The position numbers were made by a program, and so were the translations under genes. Source: Bacteroidales bacterium (GTDB taxonomy: Bacteria; Bacteroidota; Bacteroidia; Bacteroidales; VadinHA17). From it: DNA of 64,000 nt. The stretch spans positions 25,415-89,414 of the forward strand of contig JBARBF010000135.1 of the NCBI GenBank assembly GCA_049792755.1, read 5' to 3'. The notes beneath the pieces were generated by a model. That model worked only from the letters and a program-made list of their open reading frames with translations. It was not told the DNA's origin and did not search any database. Positions 30,044-37,948 of this stretch are shown here, piece by piece. Numbering within the stretch: position 1 is the stretch's first letter; each line of letters opens with the position of its first letter.

Positions 30044-30946
30044 ATGATGACAGTAATTGTAGTAGGTATTATTATTCTCATTATCGGGTTTGTCGCTGCC
30101 AAAGCAGATGAACCGATGTTGCGAAAATACAGATCGATGATTAAAACAGCAGGCGTAATTGTCATCCTGATCGGATTGTCAATAGCATGCGTTGTTCAGG
30201 TCGAACCAGGTCAGGTAGGTGTCCAGAAGTTGTTTGGCAAAGTGAACAATAATATCCTTGAAAGCGGATTGAATATCATTAATCCATTGGTACAGGTAGT
30301 TATGTTCGATGTACGAACCGAAAACTATACAATGTCCGGAGTACAGGATGAAGGCGCAAAGCAGGGAGATGATGCAATTCGTGTTCTGACTGCAGACGGA
30401 CTCGAAGTAGTTATTGATCTAACTGTCCTGTATAAAGTAATTCCAACCGAAGCACCAAGGATCCTCAAAGAGGTTGGAACCGATTACAGGAATGTTCTTG
30501 TTCGTCCAATCTGCCGTACAAAAATCAGGGATAATGCAGTCTATTATGATGCTGTTGCACTTTACTCCACCAAGAGGGATGAATTTCAATCAAAAATATT
30601 TACTACGATTGAAACAAACTTCAAAGAAAGAGGGTTACTTCTGGAGCAACTTTTAGTAAGAAATATTACCCTGCCTGCATCAGTAAAAGCTTCTATTGAA
30701 TCAAAAATAAATGCCGAACAGGATGCACAGAAAATGCAATTTGTATTGCAAAAGGAGACACAGGAAGCACAAAGAAAGAGAGTTGAGGCTCAGGGTATTG
30801 CCGATTATCAGAAAATATTAAGCACAGGACTTAGCGACAAACTGTTGCAGTACGAAATGATCAAAGCAATTACCAATTCACCTAATGCTAAACTGATCTT
30901 CATGACGAACGGGAAAAATCTTCCAATGATGGTGGATAGTAAATAA
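30044..30946 (+). CDS. SPFH/Band 7 (prohibitin/HflC-like) membrane protein
   Basis: N-terminal TM helices. VEPGQVGVQKLFGKV, VLTADGLEVVIDLTVLYKV, C-terminal coiled coil AQRKRVEAQGIADYQK. Confidence 0.85.
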   Translation: MMTVIVVGIIILIIGFVAAKADEPMLRKYRSMIKTAGVIVILIGLSIACVVQVEPGQVGVQKLFGKVNNNILESGLNIINPLVQVVMFDVRTENYTMSGVQDEGAKQGDDAIRVLTADGLEVVIDLTVLYKVIPTEAPRILKEVGTDYRNVLVRPICRTKIRDNAVYYDAVALYSTKRDEFQSKIFTTIETNFKERGLLLEQLLVRNITLPASVKASIESKINAEQDAQKMQFVLQKETQEAQRKRVEAQGIADYQKILSTGLSDKLLQYEMIKAITNSPNAKLIFMTNGKNLPMMVDSK

Positions 30947-31110
30947 CTTTTGATTTTTAAGCCCCTTGTCCCGCTGTGGCGGGACATCCCACTGAAGGTG
31001 GACTAAATTGTGGAATTAAGAATATTTATTCTAAGATACAGTAATAAGCCCCCCTTTAGGAGGGAATGGGGGGCAATTCGAAAGATAAACTGCTTATTTG
31101 GGGGCTAATA

Positions 31111-31150
31111 AAGTCCGTAAGCAACAAGTAATAGTTCTTACGGACTTTTT
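31111..31150. terminator. Rho-independent terminator between convergent genes
   Basis: aagtccgtaag (31111-31121) pairs with cttacggactt (31137-31147). T-run to 31150. Confidence 0.7.
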
Positions 31151-31187
31151 GCAGACCTGGGCTTAAATGATGACCTACATATTGAAT

Positions 31188-32531
31188 TTAATTCAGATCA
31201 ACGATTAAGTCATTATCCTTAGGTGGTAAATCGGTATAAAGTCCATATATTATATTTGCCAGATCGGGTGAGATGGCAGAAATGGCCTCAATCTCTTCAT
31301 TGGCATCTGTTGAAAGAGTCTCATCTCCTGCAAAATGAGCCATCATAGATTCGGCAAAAACCGGAGAAATCTGAGTTGCAACATCTTCAGGCACATTATA
31401 AGGTGCATTCATCAGCATATATTTAGCCTGAATTTCAAACCCGTTGAATGAAAAGGCTTTTTCATAGTCAGGAAAGCTAACCCCATTTAATCCGGGATAG
31501 TTTATGTGTTCGATATGTTTTGTTTTGATATATAGCTTATTATTGACAAGATTAATAATTCTGTACGGAGAAGCATAAATCACGGGGGAGCCGGTCTCAA
31601 TATCAACCAGTGAAAGGTTACCAAGAGTGCGTTGAGTTGCATCGTTGGCATGGAAATGACCTGTGAACATTACTTTTAAGCCTGCTTTGATAAACTCATC
31701 AGCCCGGGCACCCCAGTTATCGACCAGATAATCAGGGAATATTACAGACTCACCCATGAAATGCTCCACAATACCATGATGCATCATTCCAATTACGGTT
31801 TTGCCCTTTGCGCTGGCATCAGCGAGCTGTTTTTTTGCCCATTGCATGGTAGCATCTTTTATATTACCTGCCACTACACAAAATTGAGGTGTATTGTTAT
31901 AATATTCATTTGCGTCTAAAGCAAGAATACGCAGGTCTTTAAAGGGTTCAGAAACATAACTTAATGAGTTGGGATCTTTCGCAATAGCAGTCTTGTAACC
32001 AAAGTCGGCATACAACGATTTAAAGTTTTCAGGAGTGATGGTTGGCACTGAAACAGTGTTATCTCCGTTAAATAACTTCGCATCAGGATTATTAATATCA
32101 TGGTTCCCCGGTATAACGAGAACTTTAATATGATTTAAACTTAAAATCTGTAATTGTTTTATAACCGATTTGTGACTGACAAGCTCACCATCTTTGGTCA
32201 GATCGCCTGAAATCAACACAAGATCGGGTTTTTCAATCAATAAATTATGAATGATTTGCTGAAGGATAGCGCTGCTTTCAGCAAGCAATTTGGGATCCTG
32301 CATCAGGTACATCTGAAACGCAGTTCCATCTGCCTTAAGTAGCGATGGGTCCATTAAATGTAAGTCAGATAATACGGCAATTTTTACCGTTTTGGAATTA
32401 ATGCAGAAGTCGCCATTTCCGTCTTTAGAAACCGGCTGCAACCGAAAATTCTGGTCCTCTTTGTTACAGGCGACAATGGCGAGTAACATAAAAATGGGAA
32501 CAAAAAATCTAATTTTTTTCATAGAAATCAT
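31188..32531 (-). CDS. Calcineurin-like metallophosphoesterase lipoprotein
   Basis: Lipobox AIVAC. Phosphoesterase motifs IAVLSDLHL, GDLTKDGE, GNHD, MMHHG, GHFHAND. An alternative ATG lies at 32522. Confidence 0.85.
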   Translation of the reverse strand: MISMKKIRFFVPIFMLLAIVACNKEDQNFRLQPVSKDGNGDFCINSKTVKIAVLSDLHLMDPSLLKADGTAFQMYLMQDPKLLAESSAILQQIIHNLLIEKPDLVLISGDLTKDGELVSHKSVIKQLQILSLNHIKVLVIPGNHDINNPDAKLFNGDNTVSVPTITPENFKSLYADFGYKTAIAKDPNSLSYVSEPFKDLRILALDANEYYNNTPQFCVVAGNIKDATMQWAKKQLADASAKGKTVIGMMHHGIVEHFMGESVIFPDYLVDNWGARADEFIKAGLKVMFTGHFHANDATQRTLGNLSLVDIETGSPVIYASPYRIINLVNNKLYIKTKHIEHINYPGLNGVSFPDYEKAFSFNGFEIQAKYMLMNAPYNVPEDVATQISPVFAESMMAHFAGDETLSTDANEEIEAISAISPDLANIIYGLYTDLPPKDNDLIVDLN

Positions 32532-32543
32532 TTTTAGTCTGTC

Positions 32544-32606
32544 TACTCTTATAGCTTTTCGACATTCGCTCCGTACTCTTTAAAGGATTTTCAGGGATCT
32601 CCTAAT
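32544..32606 (-). repeat. 63-nt conserved intergenic element, copy A (partner at 35349-35410)
   Basis: Hand alignment gives 55 matches in 63 columns with one 1-nt gap. Shared core tactctttaaaggattttcagg. Confidence 0.8.
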
Positions 32607-32631
32607 TTGCACGCTTACAGGCAGGCAATTT

Positions 32632-33366
32632 TTATCTTATTTTACCAAATTCGAGTCTGATGATAAATCCGGCAATACTCTTTTCATGATTTAAGTTTGC
32701 ATATCCGGTTAAACCGATTCCTATATATCTCGAGATTAAGCTTAAGTCAATCTCAATCGGTATGGCAGGAGCCAAAATATGTTCCGTTTTATATGAGTCA
32801 AATTCAAACAATCCGTATATTCCGGGATTTCTTTCCAGAAATGCGCCTCTTTTTACACCTCCAATTAACCCCAATCCACCGGATATTGATAAACGTACTA
32901 TTTTTGATTTGGAAACCCTTCCGTAGAGAAAGCCGATGTCATAAAATTTTTCTCCCGGTACCGGGCCAAAAAGATTGAACTCAGATTCGCGAATAAATCT
33001 AAGCTTCCAGTTATTTCCATTCTTCAGAAAGTTTGCATCTGCAAAAAAAACAAAGCCTGCAGCTCCTTTATTACCCTCCGGACTACTCGCATAGTAACCT
33101 CCTAATCCAAAATCTCCGTACAAATTAATGGTTTTCTTATTTTCATTCAGAAACGTTGTATCCAGGGTGCAATTCCCAAACCTGTCATCAATAAATGCCG
33201 CTGATTTAAGATAAGATTCTTGCAGCATTTTATTCTTGCTCGGATAGTTGCAAAAGGCCAAGCCGGAATGAGCCATAAGATTTATACAAAGCATTAAAAT
33301 ATAGAAGGAAAAGGAAGCTCTGTAACTTTCAGAGGGATACTTTTTAGTCGAAATTTCTTTTTTCAT
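32632..33366 (-). CDS. Hypothetical exported protein, probable outer-membrane beta-barrel
   Basis: Hydrophobic N-terminal segment. Alternating Gly/aromatic beta-strand-like pattern (GLGGYYAS, GFVFFADA, GLGLIGG, GIGLTGYANL). No known family recognised. Confidence 0.5.
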   Translation of the reverse strand: MKKEISTKKYPSESYRASFSFYILMLCINLMAHSGLAFCNYPSKNKMLQESYLKSAAFIDDRFGNCTLDTTFLNENKKTINLYGDFGLGGYYASSPEGNKGAAGFVFFADANFLKNGNNWKLRFIRESEFNLFGPVPGEKFYDIGFLYGRVSKSKIVRLSISGGLGLIGGVKRGAFLERNPGIYGLFEFDSYKTEHILAPAIPIEIDLSLISRYIGIGLTGYANLNHEKSIAGFIIRLEFGKIR

Positions 33367-33406
33367 AATATTCTGATTAAGCTCAGGTTGATACTATTAC
33401 TTATAT

Positions 33407-33428
33407 GAAATCCAATAATCGGGCCAAG
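33407..33428 (-). promoter_or_regulatory. Candidate sigma54 (-24/-12) promoter
   Basis: Minus strand reads cTTGGCCCGATTATTGGatttc. TGGCCCG-N4-TTGG versus the consensus TGGCACG-N4-TTGC. 19/22 identical to the 41882-41903 block, and about 45 nt upstream of the ATG at 33366. Confidence 0.5.
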
Positions 33429-33490
33429 TCATATATAGATATGATATACATGTATTTAGAAAAAATAAGCTTTCTTAACCGGATTATTTT

Positions 33491-33530
33491 TGTAGCGTTT
33501 TGCTACAGTTCATTGATTCGTAATACTACA
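33491..33530 (-). promoter_or_regulatory. Candidate enhancer (UAS) block with TGTAGC-N5-GCTACA palindrome
   Basis: tgtagcgttttgctacagttcattgattcgtaatactaca. 32/40 identical to 41966-42005. The gap to the TGG of the -24 element is the same 65 nt as in the other copy. Confidence 0.5.
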
Positions 33531-33588
33531 CTGGAATGACGTTGTCAATACATCCACCGAGGAGTTATTCCAGTTACTTTTGCTGTCT

Positions 33589-34062
33589 TCAATGATTCCC
33601 TGTGAAATTTAAACCCATATCACCGGAAGATAAAAAAATAATACCCCCTACAATCATAAAGATTACAAAACCAGAGATTCCGGCAAGTAATATAGTTCCA
33701 ATTACATCAACTTTTGCGATTTCAACCTTAGCTATACCATCAACAGGTATACTTAGATTCTTCTCCTTATTGATTTTCATGATTGAATCTGATGAGAGAT
33801 ATATATGAATTTTTTTGCCTATCTGACGGGAATCTTGAATCGTGTCTATTTTACCTGATAGGATCCCATTCGTGATAATGGTATTACCAAGCAGGTATTT
33901 TGAATTTTGGCCATGTATTATATAAGAATACCTGATAGAATCGGAAACAGGAAGATTAGAACTCAAAATAGTTTTGTAACTGTAGCAACCTGAAAGCTGT
34001 ATCAGCAGAAGGAAGATCATCGATACAGAAACGGATTTCATTAATTGTGTATGTTTTTTCAT
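33589..34062 (-). CDS. Hypothetical lipoprotein with C-terminal TM segment
   Basis: Lipobox QLSGC. C-terminal hydrophobic stretch GTILLAGISGFVIFMIVGGIIFL. Confidence 0.5.
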   Translation of the reverse strand: MKKHTQLMKSVSVSMIFLLLIQLSGCYSYKTILSSNLPVSDSIRYSYIIHGQNSKYLLGNTIITNGILSGKIDTIQDSRQIGKKIHIYLSSDSIMKINKEKNLSIPVDGIAKVEIAKVDVIGTILLAGISGFVIFMIVGGIIFLSSGDMGLNFTGNH

Positions 34063-34080
34063 AAATCTTCAACAATAGAC

Positions 34081-34560
34081 TCAAAAATTATATGTCAATC
34101 TTAATCCCGGGCAGGATGACCGGTTAATACGGCTTAAAACTATAGTCGGTGAAATATCCAGTGATCCGAAAGAAGGATAATTTTTCCTGAGGACTGAATT
34201 GATCCTTCCGATCCGCCCCAGATAAGCGATGCTGGCAATCGAACCTCCGATCAGTATCCCGATGCCGGTTACCATACCAACTTTATTGACCCCTTCATCG
34301 CCAAGTATTTGTTCTATAATGGTCGGATCATCACTCATTCCAGGAGCCAGGTATTTAAATACAAGAAATAGAGCTCCTCCTGATCCGGCTATAATGCCGG
34401 ACGTCAGAAGACTACTTTTAGAATTTAACAATGATTCCTCAAGTTGCTCTTTTGAAAGAGAATTAATATCCGTAACCTGATATTTTTTAAGATACCATTG
34501 TCCGTATGAATTGATAAATAAGAATAACAATAGAAACGCTGATATAACTACTTTTTTCAT
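34081..34560 (-). CDS. Hypothetical exported/membrane protein
   Basis: Signal peptide MKKVVISAFLLLFLFINSYG. Two Gly-rich hydrophobic segments. C-terminal ...LTYNF. Confidence 0.5.
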   Translation of the reverse strand: MKKVVISAFLLLFLFINSYGQWYLKKYQVTDINSLSKEQLEESLLNSKSSLLTSGIIAGSGGALFLVFKYLAPGMSDDPTIIEQILGDEGVNKVGMVTGIGILIGGSIASIAYLGRIGRINSVLRKNYPSFGSLDISPTIVLSRINRSSCPGLRLTYNF

Positions 34561-34668
34561 ATGGATTAATTAAGAATTAGTACTTCATCTGAAATATTAT
34601 TATAATAAAGCTAAGAAAGACATTGGGACAATTCAAAAAAATCTTATCACTCAATGAACATGGAGCAT

Positions 34669-35325
34669 CTAGTTGGAACCCAGTAACACCGTGAAACCAA
34701 GTTTGAAAGCTATCGTTCCCTGGACTGTCCTTTCATCATTCGGATTATTCTCCTTTGCTTTTACTGATGTCGAATTATAACCAGCCATCATATCGAATGT
34801 AACTTTATCACCAAGTTTTACGGCCAGCCCGGCTCCTCCTCCAAATGACGTGAGACTGTTCTTATTTGAACTACTGGAATATGGATCTTCATATTTGTTT
34901 GTCTCTGATCCAAATAGACTACTTATCTCAAAGAAAGGCATAACCTTACTTCCTGAAATATAATATCGGATAAATGGTCCCAAACCAAAGGAAGTGGTAT
35001 TATATTTACCTCCGCTCTTAGGCTTATCAGTGGAAGTTCCAATATACATATTCAATCCCACAGCTAAATTGTTAATAATAAAATATCCGAACTTAGGCAA
35101 AAGATTTAATGTTGTTACCTTCGTCACATCGGGATCAACAGATGCTGTTGAATTCCCTTTGTATTTAATAGTGGAAAATCCCAGGCTCATCAGGTCTGAT
35201 CCGTAATTGATATACCCGAATGATGTTGAAAGACCAATTAGTGATCTGCCTTTGTTTACTTGCGCTTCGGTTACTGATAAGGAAATTAAGCACAAAACTG
35301 TAATTAACATAGTTACTTTTTTCAT
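34669..35325 (-). CDS. Outer-membrane beta-barrel (OmpW/porin-like) protein
   Basis: Start set at ATG 35325 (MKKVTMLITVLCLISLSVTEAQ signal). Alternating beta-strand pattern. C-terminal ...FKLGFTVLLGSN. Confidence 0.65.
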   Translation of the reverse strand: MKKVTMLITVLCLISLSVTEAQVNKGRSLIGLSTSFGYINYGSDLMSLGFSTIKYKGNSTASVDPDVTKVTTLNLLPKFGYFIINNLAVGLNMYIGTSTDKPKSGGKYNTTSFGLGPFIRYYISGSKVMPFFEISSLFGSETNKYEDPYSSSSNKNSLTSFGGGAGLAVKLGDKVTFDMMAGYNSTSVKAKENNPNDERTVQGTIAFKLGFTVLLGSN

Positions 35326-35348
35326 GATATGAAATATTGAATTTTGCT

Positions 35349-35410
35349 TACTCTTAAGTTTTTCAGCATTCACTCCCTACTCTTTAAAGGATTTTCAGGT
35401 ATCTCCTTAT
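35349..35410 (-). repeat. 63-nt conserved intergenic element, copy B (partner at 32544-32606)
   Basis: See copy A. Lies 26 nt after the stop at 35437 and 24 nt before the ATG at 35325. Confidence 0.8.
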
Positions 35411-35436
35411 AAGGTTATATATAAAATTACATATTG

Positions 35437-36525
35437 TCAGTTCAACATCGGCACATTTGTTTTCAGTCTGCCATGAATCCTGCGGAAAATATCAACGATA
35501 TCAGGTCCGGTGATAGTAAGCCCGTGGTTCTTTAGTCCGACTTCTGTTCTTTCAGGCGAAGATGTCTTTTTCAGGAGTTTAACGACATTTTCAGCCAGTT
35601 CCCTTGTACCGCACGGATAGCTTTGAGAACTGCAAAGAACATCATCTATCCATGCATGCACATGAACTATGGCACCTGTTTTGGGAAATTCCCTGTAAAT
35701 CATGTAATGTTCGATGGCATCGACTGAAACTCTGATTCTTGGATCATATTCAGGTGGAACTGAAACAAGCATCTCACCGGCTTCTTTGTCAAAACCTTTG
35801 ACCAGAAGCATATCTTTTCCGATCCCTTTCAGGTTTGATTTGTCAACTCCGCGGGCAGTCATCCAGTAGGAGGTACCTCCAATGTTATGGTTCATATTCC
35901 TGATACTGAGATTACCGTAGCTTAGTCCTTTAATCTGGTAAAGTCTGTACAACTGATCAATAAGATCCTTGTCCAGGAATTCTATCAATGGAAATGGCGC
36001 CGGCAGAACCCCAAGATTGTGCAGTACCCTTCCAAAAGCTTTTAAATCTTCAATTTCAGGGATTATTTCATTTTCCTCCAGAATAAGATCATCAAAAATT
36101 TTGTTCCTTAATACAAAATGAGAACTGATAACAGGGTACATGTATTTGTACATATTATCAGGATCATAATTGAATTCAGTGAACCCGACCTCCGGAGTGA
36201 TACTGTAGGCTTTAGGATGTTCTTTTCCATCCTTAAGTGAAATGCAAAAGAGAATATTGGATATACTCTTTACCAATGCCACATAACATGATGCTTTAAG
36301 ATCAGGTACATAATCTTTAACTAAAGTAATTGAAACAACCATTTCTTCCTGGCATTTCCTCCTGAAAGCTTTAGGTGATTCCAGATCAATAATATTCAGG
36401 ACAAAACTGGAATTTTCATCCGATGATACCTGTTCATTGCCTTTTTTTGCAATTTCCCCGGTTAATTTATTAGCCAGGTACAAAAGTTCAGGACAATCAG
36501 ACACTCTGTTAACTTTAAATTTCAT
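35437..36525 (-). CDS. Class II aldolase/adducin-fold protein with an unrecognised N-terminal domain
   Basis: C-terminal half has GNLSIR...WMTARGVDK, SVDAIEHYMIY, GAIVHVHAW (His-rich metal-site context) and LKNHGLTITGPD. Confidence 0.6.
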   Translation of the reverse strand: MKFKVNRVSDCPELLYLANKLTGEIAKKGNEQVSSDENSSFVLNIIDLESPKAFRRKCQEEMVVSITLVKDYVPDLKASCYVALVKSISNILFCISLKDGKEHPKAYSITPEVGFTEFNYDPDNMYKYMYPVISSHFVLRNKIFDDLILEENEIIPEIEDLKAFGRVLHNLGVLPAPFPLIEFLDKDLIDQLYRLYQIKGLSYGNLSIRNMNHNIGGTSYWMTARGVDKSNLKGIGKDMLLVKGFDKEAGEMLVSVPPEYDPRIRVSVDAIEHYMIYREFPKTGAIVHVHAWIDDVLCSSQSYPCGTRELAENVVKLLKKTSSPERTEVGLKNHGLTITGPDIVDIFRRIHGRLKTNVPMLN

Positions 36526-36553
36526 AGCTAAAGAATTTTATTTTACTTTCATA

Positions 36554-37939
36554 TTAAATCGTATCAAGAGAGATCATATGATCAAATGACTCTCTCTCTC
36601 TGAGAAGTCTGTGACCGCCATTAACAACGGAAACGATTGCCGGCCGGGGAAATCCAAAAGAAGATTCCCAGGAAGTAAAATATGCTCCGCTGTCAAGAAT
36701 AGCTAACATCTCACCTGCAGCCACCTTTGGCATTACCTTGTTTCTGTATACAACATCAGCAGAAAAACAGCCGGGTCCGGTAATTGTCACCTTTTCTGAA
36801 GCTTTTCTCCTGACATCATTGCATAAAACAACTTCATGGTGTTCATAATATGTAGGCATGGTTAAAGTTCCGATTCCGGCATCTGCAACAAGCCACTTTT
36901 TCAGACCTATCCGGTCCTTTACCTGATGTATCCTTAAAAGCAATATCTGATTGGGACCTGTTATACATCTCCCTGGTTCTAAAATCAGTTCAGGGATTTT
37001 CTTATCACCAAAAAGAGAAAGGATACCTTTCGTAACAGAATCAGCAAAATGTATAAAAGATAATTTCCTGTTTACCGATCCTCCGGAATTGAGTAAATCG
37101 AATGCCTGATATAATAACAATTCCAAAGTTGTCATTTCACGAGAATTGGGTACGCCCAATCCTCCTCCAATATCAAGCACCTCAACTCTGAATCCTGATT
37201 TTTCAGCATCATTTATGATTCTTTTAAGCCCTATAAGCGCTTTTCTGTAATCATCTGTATTTTGAATACCGGAACCGATATGGAAATGAAACCCTCTGAA
37301 CCTGACTCGTTTCATTTCTCTGATTTTTTCAAATGCAGCTATGACCTCGCCACTTTTCGGATCCAGACCGAAAGGAGAATCCGTGCGGCTGCCGGCAGAG
37401 CTTCCACTGTTCATACCTGACGGAACAAAATCAGGATTTATCCTGAACAAAACTTCAGCGCTTTTATTAAGGGTATTGCAAATGCAATCAATCTTTTCAA
37501 GCTCAAAAAGCGAATCGACATTTATGAACCGGATATTATTTTCAATACAAGCTTCTATGAGCTTGTCTGTTTTATAAGGTCCGTTGACAATTATATCATT
37601 GCCTGAATATCCCAGTTTAAGAGCCAGCATCAGCTCAAACTCACTCATTACTTCAGCTTTGATGCCTTCCTGCTTTATGATCTTAATTATACCGGGAACA
37701 GGATTACATTTAAATGCATAATGAACTGATACTGTCCCCGGATATTTTAATTTTATCTTTCTCAGAAATGATTCAGCAGTAGCACCCAACCTTGTTTCAT
37801 TAACCACATGAAGTGGTGTTCCATAAATATGACCAAGCTCTAATGTGTTACATCCTCCTATAATAAGCTCTCCGCTCTTGTTAGCATCAAGACCCCAACC
37901 TTTTATCAACTCGCTTAATATCATTTTATCATACAACAT
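36554..37939 (-). CDS. Fold-type III PLP-dependent decarboxylase (Orn/DAP/Arg decarboxylase family)
   Basis: YAFKCNP (PLP-Lys context), HFHIGSG, LDIGGGLG, EPGR, GPGCFSADV, LDSGAY. Confidence 0.85.
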   Translation of the reverse strand: MLYDKMILSELIKGWGLDANKSGELIIGGCNTLELGHIYGTPLHVVNETRLGATAESFLRKIKLKYPGTVSVHYAFKCNPVPGIIKIIKQEGIKAEVMSEFELMLALKLGYSGNDIIVNGPYKTDKLIEACIENNIRFINVDSLFELEKIDCICNTLNKSAEVLFRINPDFVPSGMNSGSSAGSRTDSPFGLDPKSGEVIAAFEKIREMKRVRFRGFHFHIGSGIQNTDDYRKALIGLKRIINDAEKSGFRVEVLDIGGGLGVPNSREMTTLELLLYQAFDLLNSGGSVNRKLSFIHFADSVTKGILSLFGDKKIPELILEPGRCITGPNQILLLRIHQVKDRIGLKKWLVADAGIGTLTMPTYYEHHEVVLCNDVRRKASEKVTITGPGCFSADVVYRNKVMPKVAAGEMLAILDSGAYFTSWESSFGFPRPAIVSVVNGGHRLLRERESFDHMISLDTI

Positions 37940-37948
37940 ATCCTTAGT

